From contig NC_000964.3 in NCBI RefSeq assembly GCF_000009045.1, positions 744,001-808,000 of the forward strand: a stretch of 64,000 nucleotides of DNA, given 5' to 3'. This document shows positions 19,875-30,137 of the stretch, in pieces. The position numbers were made by a program, and so were the translations under genes. The DNA is from Bacillus subtilis subsp. subtilis str. 168 (GTDB taxonomy: Bacteria; Bacillota; Bacilli; Bacillales; Bacillaceae). Numbering within the stretch: the stretch's first letter is position 1; each line of letters starts with the position of its first letter. The notes beneath the pieces were generated by a model. That model saw nothing but the letters and a program-made list of their open reading frames with translations. It had not been told where the DNA came from and searched no databases.

Positions 19875-20765
19875 ATGGAGCCGGTCAACCAGCCTGTCAG
19901 AGAAGCCCCGGTTTTTGAGAGAAAAAAAGCCGGGCGCGTCAGTCCCAAACGCATACTGTTCCATGTTTTTACGGCAACGCTGGCGGTGTTGCTGCTGTAC
20001 CCGGTTATTTGGCTGTTTGTCAGCTCGTTTAAAGAAAGCGCCAGTATTTTTACAACCTCACATTCTCTCATTCCAGACCCTTTTATTCTCAGTAACTATG
20101 CTGAAGGGTGGAAGGGCATTGCGGGACAGCCGTTTCTGACGTTTATTAAAAACTCGGCGATTATTGTCGGGCTGTCAACAATCGGTGCCGTCATGTCATC
20201 GGCTGTCATTGCGTACGGATTTGCGCGTATACCGTTTAAGGGAAAAAAATTTTGGTTTGCGTGCATGATGGGGACGTTAATGCTGCCTCATGAAGTGTTG
20301 ATGATTCCGCAGTATATTATGTTTGCGAAATTAGACTGGCTGAATTCCTTTAAACCAATTGTCGTTCCGCAATTTTTCGGGCATGCGTTTTTTATCTTTC
20401 TGATGATCCAGTTTATCCGGACGATTCCCGAGGAGCTGGATGAAGCCGCGCGAATCGACGGATGCGGACGCTTTGCCTGCTTTTGGCGGATCATTCTCCC
20501 GCTGATTGCCCCCGCGCTTGCGACGTCTGCGATTTTCTCCTTCTATTGGAAGTGGGAGGAGCTGATTCAGCCGCTCTTGTATTTGAATAAGCCGGAGCTT
20601 TACCCTGTTTCACTTGCGCTGAAGCTTTTTCTCGATACAGAGTCGGCTTCGAACTGGGGCGCGATGTTTGCCATGTCAGCCGTCTCGTTATTGCCTGTGA
20701 TTCTTGTTTTCTTTTTGTTTCAGAAATATATCGTTCAGGGCATCAGTACGACCGGATTAAAATAA
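19875..20765 (+). CDS. yesQ: ABC sugar permease
   Basis: [11 protein letters not shown]; [15 protein letters not shown]-terminus. Confidence 0.92.
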
Positions 20766-20780
20766 AAAGGAGTGTTGCAG

Positions 20781-21815
20781 ATGGCACAGCTTATCTTTGA
20801 TGAAGAAAAGGTGACGTCGGTTATTGACCGGATCGTGAAACGGACATTTCAGATGGATTTTGCGTGGGATTGGCCGGGCGGCGTTGCGTTTTACGGTGTG
20901 GCGGAGGCCTATGAAGCGACGGAAAACGAGGAATATATCAATCTGTTAAAAACGTGGGTGGATGAACAGCTGGAGGATGGGCTGCCGCCGCTTTCGATCA
21001 ACGGAGTTTCCATTGGGCATACGCTTTTGTTCCTCCACAAGGTGACAGGTGATGACGTGTATTTGGAAACAGCGGCCGAGATGGCGGAATATGTGCTGCA
21101 TAAGGCGCCGCGCTTTGGCGAGGGTATCCTTCAGCATACGGTGAATGCGGCAGAATACGTATTCCCTGAACAGGCATGGGCGGATACGCTGATGATGGCT
21201 GGGCTGTTTATGCTGAGAATCGGGCGGGTCATGGAGCGTGAGGATTATTTTGAAGACGGCCTGCGCCAGTTTCACGGACATGAGGATGTGCTTCAGGACC
21301 CTGTCACGAATTTGTACTACCACGCCTGGGACAACAAAGCGCAAAATCATCTGTCGGGGATTTATTGGGGCAGGGCGAACGGCTGGGCGGCACTCACGAT
21401 GGCAAAGGCGCTCCCGCTTATTGAGGTGACACATCCTTCCTTTATGATCATCGACGGATCGCTCAGAGACCAGCTGAGCGCGCTTGTCCGGCTTCAGGAT
21501 GAATCAGGGCTGTGGCATACAATTTTGGATGATCCGGATTCTTATCTGGAGGTTTCGGCATCAGCGGGTATTGCTTCTGCTCTGATGTCGAGCGGAAAGC
21601 TGTATACAAAATATGTGCAGAAATCGCTTGCCGCCATTTTGGATGCAGTGGAAGAGGACGGACGGGTCAGCAGGGTATCGGCCGGGACAGCCGTCATGAA
21701 AAATGCCGAAGGATACAAACAGGTGCCTTACAAACGAATACAAGGATGGGGGCAGGGACTTGCGCTGACGTTTCTTGCTGATGTTTTGAAAACGAAAAAA
21801 CGCTTGTATCAGTAA
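20781..21815 (+). CDS. yesR: Unsaturated rhamnogalacturonyl hydrolase (GH105)
   Basis: ATG 20781 after AAAAGGAG; WDW, WADTLMM, YYHAWD, WGRANGW, EVSASA motifs. Confidence 0.92.
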
Positions 21816-21837
21816 AGATAGCGGCGGGGGGAGAGGG

Positions 21838-24123
21838 ATGAAAAAACAGCCTCAACAGAAGGAACGGGTTTCTCGCTGGAAGGGAACGTATTTCAAAAGA
21901 AACTTTGTCTTCATTTTGCTGATTGCCTGTATTCCCGGATTGCTGACTGGCGGCGCAATCTACTTTCTTTCGATCGACAAGGTGGAGAAAGAGCTGCAGA
22001 GATCGCATGAAACACAGGTGGCGCGTGAGGTCAGCCGAATGGATGAGAAGCTGGGAGTGCTTGAACTGGCACTCACCCAGATGGCCTACGATTCTTCACT
22101 GATGAACGGATTGGCCGAGAGGGATTTGGAGAAAGACTTTACGTTCTCCTATCAATTAACGAAAAAGCTGTTTCTTTTGCGGGATCAGCAGCCGCTGATC
22201 GAGCAGGCTTCCATCTTTCTGAACAGCCCCCGGCCACTTGTGCTGAGCCCTGAATACAGCGCTTTGACAGAACAGGAGGCGCTTCGCAAGTATCGCTCGC
22301 TGCTTGCCTCAGACCACAGCATTTATTGGAAACGGTCGGGAAACCAAGCGATGCTGATCCAGCTCATTCCGGGCGCGGCGGAGAAACCGTTCGGCGCGAT
22401 CATGCTGGCGGTTGATCCGAAAGAAATGGAATCAATCCTGCAAAGCTTGTCCCCCTATCCTGATGGCAGTGCGTTGCTTTTAGATCAAAATCGAGAGGTG
22501 CTGTTTCATGAGGGGGAAAAAGATTTTGAAAAGACTTTACTTCATGAGATAAAAAAACAGCCTGCTGAGAACGGCCATTTTCAGATGGAATGGAAAGGCA
22601 AGGTGTATTCTGTCTCCTTTGGAGAAATGAACCGGATGCATCAGCAATGGACCTTTGTGTCAGCGGCGCCTCTTTCAGCTATTACAGCGCCGATGGTGTT
22701 TTTATCAAAAGTGATCATCGTGATGCTGGTCATTTGCATCGGTTTGGCGGTGTGCATGACATGGTATGCATCAAAAAAAATCTATCGTCCCATCCAGCAT
22801 TTGCTTGGCTTGTTTACCGGAGGAGAGAAGAAAACATGGCAGGCGTCCGGGCAGGATGAATTCAAATGGATTGAAAAGAGATGGCAGGATCTATCCCTTG
22901 AAAGCCGGAAGCTCCAACAGCAGCTCCTGCGGCAGACGCCCCATATGAAAAAGAGTTTTTTGCAGCATCTCTTACAGAGCGATTTTTACTATGACAACGA
23001 GGAAAGCCTCAGATTTCGGATGGAGGAGGCTGGCTGGAACATCGGCGGAAACGTGTTTCATGTGCTTGATCTACAGGTGACAGGGCTCCGCTGTGAAAAA
23101 AGCATCTTCCGTGAAGGTGATGAACAGCTTGCCGTGTTTACACTGACTAATATCGCTGAGGAATTGGCGGCTAAACGCGTTTTTCAGCTCTCCATACTTG
23201 ATATCGGCCGGCTTTCTGTCACCGTTCTTGTGATGAAAACAAACAGCTCTGATCTGAAGGCGTATATAACGGAGCTGGCACGCCAATTTGGAGATGTAAC
23301 CGGACTATGCCTGACCTCGACATTGAGCAGCAAGACGGAGCGTGTCACGGAAATTCCTTCTTTATTTCAGGATGTGAAATGCGGCAAATCCCGCAGGAAG
23401 TTTGCTAACCGGGATCAGGTCATTGATTTGCAGGCCGACTTCCCTCGGGATGAGCAGTTCGCTCCTTATTACCCTTTTGAGCTGGAAAAACAAATTGTTC
23501 AGACCATCCGGCTGGAAAGAAAACAGGAAGCCAAGGAACTGATAGATGGATGTATGAAGGAACTGTCGGAAAAAGCGGCCATAGACAGGCATGTGCATTC
23601 CGCCCTGATTCAGCTGTTTTCCCGCATTCAGGAGGATATTTTGCATTCCGGGCTCAATCCCAGCGAACTGTTTCAGCACCGGAATCCGTTTCTTGATATT
23701 TCAGAATTGCGCGAACCTAACGAAGCGGCGGCCTGGCTGATGGATGTAGTGGTGACGCCTTACCTTTCCAAGCTTGAGGGCAGAAAAAACAGACAGCAAA
23801 AGCAGCTGGCAGAACGTGTGATTGCGATGATTCACGAACAGTATATGGCGGACATTTCATTGGAAAGCTGTGCCGATGCGCTTGGCATGAATTCCTATAC
23901 GTTAAGCAAGGCATTTAAGCAAGTGACCGGCATTAATTTTATCGATTATGTGACCCAGATCAGAATCGAAAAGGCGAAAGAACTGCTGGTCAATACGAAT
24001 AAAAAAATTCATGATGTGTCTGAAGAAGTCGGCTATCGCCACAATTATTTCAATCGGATTTTTAAAAAACAGGTCGGCATGCCGCCGGGTGTCTTCAGGC
24101 AAATGTATCAGGAAACGCCGTGA
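21838..24123 (+). CDS. yesS: Membrane-anchored AraC-family activator of the cluster
   Basis: Two TMs flanking an extracellular sensor; C-terminal AraC HTH ([27 protein letters not shown]). Confidence 0.92.
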
Positions 24124-24136
24124 AAGGAGAGAACAT

Positions 24137-24835
24137 GTGATGAAGAAACCGATTCAAGTATTTTTAGCGGGGGATTCCACTGTGAGTGACTGCCCGCCTC
24201 ATGAAGCGCCGATGGCGGGGTGGGGGCAGGTATTCGGGCAATTGTTTTCTGAAGGTGTGCTGGTCCGCAATCATGCCAAAGGAGGAGCGAGCACCAATTC
24301 TTTTGTGGAGGAAGGAAGGCTTCAAGCAATTGCCGAGCACATCACACAAGGCGATTATTTGTTGATTCAATTCGGCCACAATGACCAAAAACCGCGGGGG
24401 ACGAAGCCGTACTCCACATTTCAGCAGTTTCTTACCTTGTTTGCAGATACGGCACGCGAAAAGGGCGCGCATCCTGTGTTCGTCACATCGGTGCAGCGCC
24501 GCCGCTTTGATGAAAACGGACGGATCGAGCATACGCTCGGTGAGTATCCCGATGCGATGAAAGCACTGGCGAAGGAGCTCGATGTACCTGTGATTGATCT
24601 GCTTGCGAAAACAAAGGTGCTGTATGAAGCATACGGGCCGGAGGAGTCGAAGCGATTGTTCGTTTGGTTTCAGCCGAATGAACATCCGAATTACCCGGAC
24701 GGCATTGAGGACAATACGCATTTTTCGGAAAAAGGTGCAATGGAGGTTGCGAAGCTTGTGGCAGAAGGCATTGAAGAGCTCGGACTTCCGCTTAAGGACC
24801 ACCTTGTGAGCCGGGAGGGAAAAGAACATGTATAA
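24137..24835 (+). CDS. rhgT: Rhamnogalacturonan acetylesterase (CE12, SGNH)
   Basis: GDST, GW, GGAST, QFGHND, DNTH; GTG 24137 or ATG 24140 after AAAGGAGA. Confidence 0.92.
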   Translation: MMKKPIQVFLAGDSTVSDCPPHEAPMAGWGQVFGQLFSEGVLVRNHAKGGASTNSFVEEGRLQAIAEHITQGDYLLIQFGHNDQKPRGTKPYSTFQQFLTLFADTAREKGAHPVFVTSVQRRRFDENGRIEHTLGEYPDAMKALAKELDVPVIDLLAKTKVLYEAYGPEESKRLFVWFQPNEHPNYPDGIEDNTHFSEKGAMEVAKLVAEGIEELGLPLKDHLVSREGKEHV

Positions 24836-25490
24836 GGAAGGCGCTTGCTTGTACCGCAATCCGCTCCGGTCTAAAAGCGATGTGAAGGATTGGCGGATGG
24901 AGGGAGGCGGACAGATCTCATTTGACGATCACAGCTTGCACCTGTCACATGTCCAGGATGAAGCGCACTTTGTCTTTTGGTGTCCGGAAACCTTTCCAGA
25001 CGGCATCATTGTGACATGGGACTTCTCTCCGATCGAGCAGCCTGGACTGTGTATGCTGTTTTTTGCCGCTGCGGGTATTCGCGGCGAGGATTTGTTTGAC
25101 CCAAGTCTCAGGAAAAGAACAGGAACATACCCTGAGTATCATTCAGGAGATATCAATGCCCTCCACCTGTCGTATTTCCGCAGAAAATACGCGGAGGAAA
25201 GAGCGTTCCGCACCTGCAATTTAAGAAAAAGCCGCGGTTTCCATCTCGCCGCAATGGGGGCCGATCCGCTGCCTTCTCCAGACGACGCTGATTCTCCGTA
25301 TCGTATGAAGCTGATCAAAGACAAAGGCTATGTGCACTTTTCAATCAATGGTCTGCCCATTCTTGAGTGGATGGACGACGGCAGCACATATGGGCCTGTG
25401 TTAACAAAAGGAAAAATCGGGTTCCGGCAGATGGCCCCCATGAAAGCCGTTTACAGGGATTTTGCCGTGCATCAAGCGGTGAGAAGATGA
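24828..25490 (+). CDS. yesU: YesU (DUF1961-like, beta-sandwich) protein of unknown function
   Basis: ORF coupled to rhgT; HFVFWCPETFPD, GKIGFRQM. Confidence 0.82.
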   Translation: MYKEGACLYRNPLRSKSDVKDWRMEGGGQISFDDHSLHLSHVQDEAHFVFWCPETFPDGIIVTWDFSPIEQPGLCMLFFAAAGIRGEDLFDPSLRKRTGTYPEYHSGDINALHLSYFRRKYAEERAFRTCNLRKSRGFHLAAMGADPLPSPDDADSPYRMKLIKDKGYVHFSINGLPILEWMDDGSTYGPVLTKGKIGFRQMAPMKAVYRDFAVHQAVRR

Positions 25491-26113
25491 AGACGACTGT
25501 AACGGATGCGCTTTATGCAGGCTGCGAAGCGGTGGTGAAAATAGCATGGCTCAACGGGCTGTGGCTGTTGTTTACACTTTTGGGCGGCGTTCTTTTCGGA
25601 TGGGCGCCGAGCACAGCTGCGATGTGTGCCGTTATAAGGAAATGGCTGATGGGGCAAAAGGATGTCCCGATATTTTCGTTATTTCTCGATACCTATAAAA
25701 AAGAGTTTCTCAAGGTTAATGCGATCGGATTGGCGTTTTCGGCTCTTTTGCTCATATTGTCTGCCAACTATCATTATTTTTCTGCCAGTACGAATTGGCT
25801 GTCCTTTGCCGTAACAAGCTGCACGCTGCTTGCAGGGCTTTTGTATATCATCGCGCTGATGTATGTGTTTCCCCTTTATGTGCATTACCAGCTCCCGCTT
25901 CGCAAATATATTCCGCAGGCACTGCTGTTTGGCGCCATGAGACCGCTGACAACTGGCTGTATGCTGATCGGGTGCGGATTTGTCCTTTATTTGCTGTATA
26001 CGCTTCCTGGCCTGATCCCATTTTACGGCCCGTGTTTATTTGGGCTTGTGTTGATGTTTTTTGCTCTTAGGGGATTTCAAAAGACGGAGGCCCAGCACCA
26101 TCAAGCCGGGTAA
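25487..26113 (+). CDS. yesV: DUF624 membrane protein, paralog of YesL
   Basis: ATGA overlap at 25487; IAWLNGLWLL..GWAPSTAAMC..FLDTYKKEF. Confidence 0.85.
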   Translation: MKTTVTDALYAGCEAVVKIAWLNGLWLLFTLLGGVLFGWAPSTAAMCAVIRKWLMGQKDVPIFSLFLDTYKKEFLKVNAIGLAFSALLLILSANYHYFSASTNWLSFAVTSCTLLAGLLYIIALMYVFPLYVHYQLPLRKYIPQALLFGAMRPLTTGCMLIGCGFVLYLLYTLPGLIPFYGPCLFGLVLMFFALRGFQKTEAQHHQAG

Positions 26114-26177
26114 CAAAAAAATGACAAATAAGCAAAAAAGTGCAGTGTCCGAAATAGGCAGATGCAAAAAAGTGAAA

Positions 26178-26228
26178 TTGAAGACAGCTCACAAAGCGCA
26201 TAAAATCCAATTTAAGTAAGCGCTTACA
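26178..26228 (+). promoter_or_regulatory. SigA-type promoter plus cre upstream of yesW
   Basis: TTGAAG-17-TAAAAT (26178-26206); cre AGTAAGCGCTTACA at 26215-26228. Confidence 0.65.
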
Positions 26229-26233
26229 GATAA

Positions 26234-28096
26234 ATGAGAAGGAGCTGTCTGATGATTAGACGAAGGAAACGCATGTTTACCGCTGTTACGTTGCTGGTCT
26301 TGTTGGTGATGGGAACCTCTGTATGTCCTGTGAAAGCTGAAGGGGCAGCGCGGCAGATGGAAGCGCTGAACCGGGGGCTTGTAGCGGTCAAGACGGACGG
26401 GGGCATTTTTGTCAGCTGGCGGTTTCTTGGAACCGAAAACGCATCTGTTTTGTTCAATGTGTACAGAGACGGGCAAAAACTGAATGCTGCGCCTGTCAAA
26501 ACAACGAACTATGTGGATAAAAACGGTTCGGCGGGCTCAACGTATACGGTTCGGGCTGTTGTAAACGGTACCGAACAGCCGGCTTCTGAAAAAGCCTCCG
26601 TATGGGCGCAGCCGTATCATTCCGTCCCGCTGGATAAACCGGCTGGCGGCACGACGCCAAAGGGTGAATCTTACACGTACAGCGCTAATGACGCAAGTGT
26701 TGGCGATGTGGATGGTGACGGGCAATACGAGCTGATCCTGAAATGGGACCCGTCCAACTCAAAAGACAATTCACAGGATGGCTATACGGGTGACGTGCTG
26801 ATTGACGCGTATAAACTGGACGGCACAAAGTTATGGCGGATCAATCTCGGCAAAAACATCAGAGCGGGCGCGCACTACACCCAGTTTATGGTGTATGACC
26901 TTGATGGTGACGGAAAAGCAGAAGTGGCAATGAAAACGGCAGACGGGACAAAAGACGGCACGGGCAAAGTAATTGGAAATGCCAATGCAGATTACAGAAA
27001 TGAACAGGGGCGTGTGCTTTCAGGCCCTGAATATCTCACTGTGTTTCAAGGTTCAACCGGGAAAGAGCTTGTCACCGCAAATTTTGAACCGGCGCGCGGC
27101 AATGTGTCGGATTGGGGAGACAGCTACGGCAACCGTGTTGACCGTTTTCTCGCCGGCATTGCCTACCTTGATGGACAGCGGCCGAGCCTGATCATGACCA
27201 GAGGGTATTACGCTAAAACCATGCTAGTTGCCTATAACTTCAGGGACGGAAAGCTGTCAAAGCTTTGGACGCTGGACTCCTCAAAGTCAGGAAATGAAGC
27301 GTTTGCCGGACAGGGGAATCACAACCTGAGCATCGCGGACGTTGACGGGGATGGAAAAGATGAGATTATTTTCGGCTCAATGGCTGTTGATCATGACGGG
27401 AAAGGCATGTACTCGACCGGCTTAGGCCATGGGGATGCCCTCCATACAGGAGATCTTGATCCGGGCCGGCCGGGGCTTGAGGTGTTTCAAGTTCATGAGG
27501 ACAAAAATGCAAAATACGGCTTATCTTTCCGGGATGCTGCAACTGGAAAAATCCTTTGGGGCGTTTATGCCGGCAAGGATGTAGGCCGGGGAATGGCTGC
27601 TGATATTGACCCGCGTTATCCGGGACAGGAGGTGTGGGCAAACGGTTCTCTCTACTCAGCGAAAGGGGTCAAAATCGGAAGCGGGGTTCCGTCCTCGACC
27701 AACTTCGGCATCTGGTGGGACGGCGATCTGCTCCGGGAACAGCTGGACAGCAACCGAATTGATAAGTGGGATTATCAAAACGGCGTATCGAAAAATATGC
27801 TGACTGCATCAGGCGCAGCGGCTAACAACGGCACAAAAGCAACACCAACGCTTCAGGCTGATCTGCTCGGTGACTGGCGCGAGGAAGTGGTGTGGAGAAC
27901 GGAGGACAGCAGTGCTCTGCGCATTTACACGACGACCATTCCGACTGAGCACAGGCTGTATACGCTGATGCACGATCCGGTGTACCGGCTTGGCATCGCC
28001 TGGCAAAATATCGCCTATAACCAGCCGCCGCACACAAGCTTCTTTTTAGGAGACGGCATGGCGGAACAGCCAAAACCAAATATGTATACGCCTTAA
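26234..28096 (+). CDS. yesW: Rhamnogalacturonan endolyase (PL11), secreted
   Basis: Signal peptide; MEALNRGLVAV, DVDGDGQYE, NIRAGAHYTQ, YNQPPH. ATG 26252 fits the AAGGAG SD better. Confidence 0.95.
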   Translation: MRRSCLMIRRRKRMFTAVTLLVLLVMGTSVCPVKAEGAARQMEALNRGLVAVKTDGGIFVSWRFLGTENASVLFNVYRDGQKLNAAPVKTTNYVDKNGSAGSTYTVRAVVNGTEQPASEKASVWAQPYHSVPLDKPAGGTTPKGESYTYSANDASVGDVDGDGQYELILKWDPSNSKDNSQDGYTGDVLIDAYKLDGTKLWRINLGKNIRAGAHYTQFMVYDLDGDGKAEVAMKTADGTKDGTGKVIGNANADYRNEQGRVLSGPEYLTVFQGSTGKELVTANFEPARGNVSDWGDSYGNRVDRFLAGIAYLDGQRPSLIMTRGYYAKTMLVAYNFRDGKLSKLWTLDSSKSGNEAFAGQGNHNLSIADVDGDGKDEIIFGSMAVDHDGKGMYSTGLGHGDALHTGDLDPGRPGLEVFQVHEDKNAKYGLSFRDAATGKILWGVYAGKDVGRGMAADIDPRYPGQEVWANGSLYSAKGVKIGSGVPSSTNFGIWWDGDLLREQLDSNRIDKWDYQNGVSKNMLTASGAAANNGTKATPTLQADLLGDWREEVVWRTEDSSALRIYTTTIPTEHRLYTLMHDPVYRLGIAWQNIAYNQPPHTSFFLGDGMAEQPKPNMYTP

Positions 28097-28109
28097 CTGA
28101 AAGGGGGAA

Positions 28110-28135
28110 GGAACGGGCTGCGCGCAGCCCGTTCC
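28110..28135. other. Perfect 26-bp palindrome between the SD and start codon of yesX
   Basis: GGAACGGGCTGCGCGCAGCCCGTTCC is its own reverse complement; no U-tract. Confidence 0.9.
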
Positions 28136-28141
28136 CATCAA

Positions 28142-29980
28142 ATGAAACCAAAAAAGAGGCAAATGGAATACCTGACCAGAGGTTTGATTGCGGTACAGAC
28201 AGAACAGGGCGTGTTTGTCAGCTGGCGTTTTCTCGGCACGGATCATGAGACGACGGCTTTTCACCTTTATCGGGATGGAAAGCGGATCACCCGCGATCCA
28301 ATCGCTGAAAGCACTAATTTTCTCGATCAAAACGGAACGGCTGACTCTGTTTATCAAGTGGCGGCTGTCAATAAAGGACGGGAAGAAAAGCTTTCCAAGA
28401 AAGCTCGTGTTTGGCAGGAAAATGTCCTGGAGGTTCCTCTTGCCAAACCGGAAGGCGGTGTGACGCCGGACGGAAAGCCGTACACTTACAGCGCCAATGA
28501 TGCCAGTGTCGGGGATATAGACGGGGATGGAGAATATGAAATGATCCTGAAGTGGGACCCGTCCAATTCAAAAGACAACGCTCATGACGGTTATACCGGG
28601 GAGGTGCTCATAGATGCCTATAAACTGGACGGCACCTTTTTGTGGCGCATCAACCTCGGCAGAAACATCAGAGCGGGTGCTCATTACACGCAATTTATGG
28701 TGTATGACCTTGACGGTGACGGAAAAGCAGAAATCGCCATGAAAACAGCTGACGGCACAACAGACGGGAAAGGACATATCATCGGTGATGAGCAGGCCGA
28801 TTTTAGAAACGAACAGGGCAGAATTTTGTCCGGTCCGGAATATTTGACCGTGTTTAAAGGAGAAACCGGTGAGGCGCTCACGACCGTGGAATATGAACCG
28901 CCCCGCGGCAAGCTGGAGGATTGGGGAGACGGCTATGGAAACCGGATGGACCGTTTTCTCGCCGGGACCGCTTATTTGGATGGGGAGCGGCCGAGCCTTG
29001 TTATGGCGCGCGGCTACTATACGAGAACCGTGCTCGTGGCATACGATTTCAGAAACGGAAGGCTCAAAAAACGATGGGTATTTGACTCCAACCAGCCGGG
29101 ACATGAAGCATACGCAGGACAGGGGAACCACAGCTTGAGCGTGGCGGACGTCGACGGAGACGGAAAGGATGAAATCATATACGGCGCAATGGCTGTCGAT
29201 CATGACGGAACCGGCCTGTACTCAACGGGCCTCGGGCACGGAGACGCGATGCATGTAGGGGATCTGGACCCGTCACGAAAAGGGCTTGAAGTGTTCCAGG
29301 TGCATGAGGACGCCACGAAGCCGTACGGACTGTCGCTGCGAGATGCCGGAACCGGTGAGATATTATGGGGCGTCCATGCTGGAACTGACGTTGGCCGGGG
29401 CATGGCGGCTCATATTGATCCAAGCTACAAAGGATCGCTCGTCTGGGGAATTGATCCGCCGGGCAATGATGGCATGTCGTACGGGCTTTTCACGAGCAAA
29501 GGCGAAAAAATCAGCGACAAAGCGCCCTCTTCAGCCAATTTCGCCATCTGGTGGGACGGTGATTTGGTCAGAGAACTGCTTGATCATGACTGGGACGGAA
29601 CGATCGGCAGGCCAAAGATTGAAAAATGGGATGCTGAAAACGGCTGTCTGAAGACGATATTTCAGCCGGCCGGCGTGTTGTCCAACAACGGCACGAAAGG
29701 AAACCCGGTTCTTCAGGCCAACCTGTTCGGAGACTGGCGGGAAGAAGTGATATGGAGAACGGAAGACAGCAGCGCGCTCCGTATCTATACAACAACACAT
29801 CTCACCCGCCACTGCTTTTACACGCTGATGCATGATCCGGTTTACAGGCTCGGCATCGCCTGGCAGAATACCGCCTACAACCAGCCGCCGCACACGAGCT
29901 TTTACCTCGGAACGGGAATGAAAAAACCGCCGAAGCCCGCCCTGTACATAGCGGGAAGCAAAGCGGAGGCGCCGCTGTAG
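28142..29980 (+). CDS. yesX: Rhamnogalacturonan exolyase (PL11), paralog of YesW without a signal peptide
   Basis: Extensive identity to YesW; insertions GIDPPGNDGMS and DHDWDGTIGRP. Confidence 0.95.
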   Translation: MKPKKRQMEYLTRGLIAVQTEQGVFVSWRFLGTDHETTAFHLYRDGKRITRDPIAESTNFLDQNGTADSVYQVAAVNKGREEKLSKKARVWQENVLEVPLAKPEGGVTPDGKPYTYSANDASVGDIDGDGEYEMILKWDPSNSKDNAHDGYTGEVLIDAYKLDGTFLWRINLGRNIRAGAHYTQFMVYDLDGDGKAEIAMKTADGTTDGKGHIIGDEQADFRNEQGRILSGPEYLTVFKGETGEALTTVEYEPPRGKLEDWGDGYGNRMDRFLAGTAYLDGERPSLVMARGYYTRTVLVAYDFRNGRLKKRWVFDSNQPGHEAYAGQGNHSLSVADVDGDGKDEIIYGAMAVDHDGTGLYSTGLGHGDAMHVGDLDPSRKGLEVFQVHEDATKPYGLSLRDAGTGEILWGVHAGTDVGRGMAAHIDPSYKGSLVWGIDPPGNDGMSYGLFTSKGEKISDKAPSSANFAIWWDGDLVRELLDHDWDGTIGRPKIEKWDAENGCLKTIFQPAGVLSNNGTKGNPVLQANLFGDWREEVIWRTEDSSALRIYTTTHLTRHCFYTLMHDPVYRLGIAWQNTAYNQPPHTSFYLGTGMKKPPKPALYIAGSKAEAPL

Positions 29981-30137
29981 GAGGACTAAGGGATAAGACG
30001 CAAAGGCTGAACGCTACGCCAAGATGATTAGAGAACTGGCAGGACGAACCAATGCTCAAGCGCTGTACGCACCGGTTTTTTCAAGGGAAGAGCTATCCGT
30101 GATGGAAGCTGTATAAAAAACGAGGAGGAATGAAAAA

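Noticed and set aside
24164-24859. 231-aa antisense ORF over rhgT, and similar shadows over yesX (28568-29203), yesZ/yetA (32290-32895) and cypD (50176-51009)
   Set aside because: Fully antisense to well-supported genes in GC-richer coding DNA; no motifs.
26234-29980. Long nucleotide repeats between yesW and yesX as a mobile or repeat element
   Set aside because: Explained by tandem paralogy of two PL11 genes.
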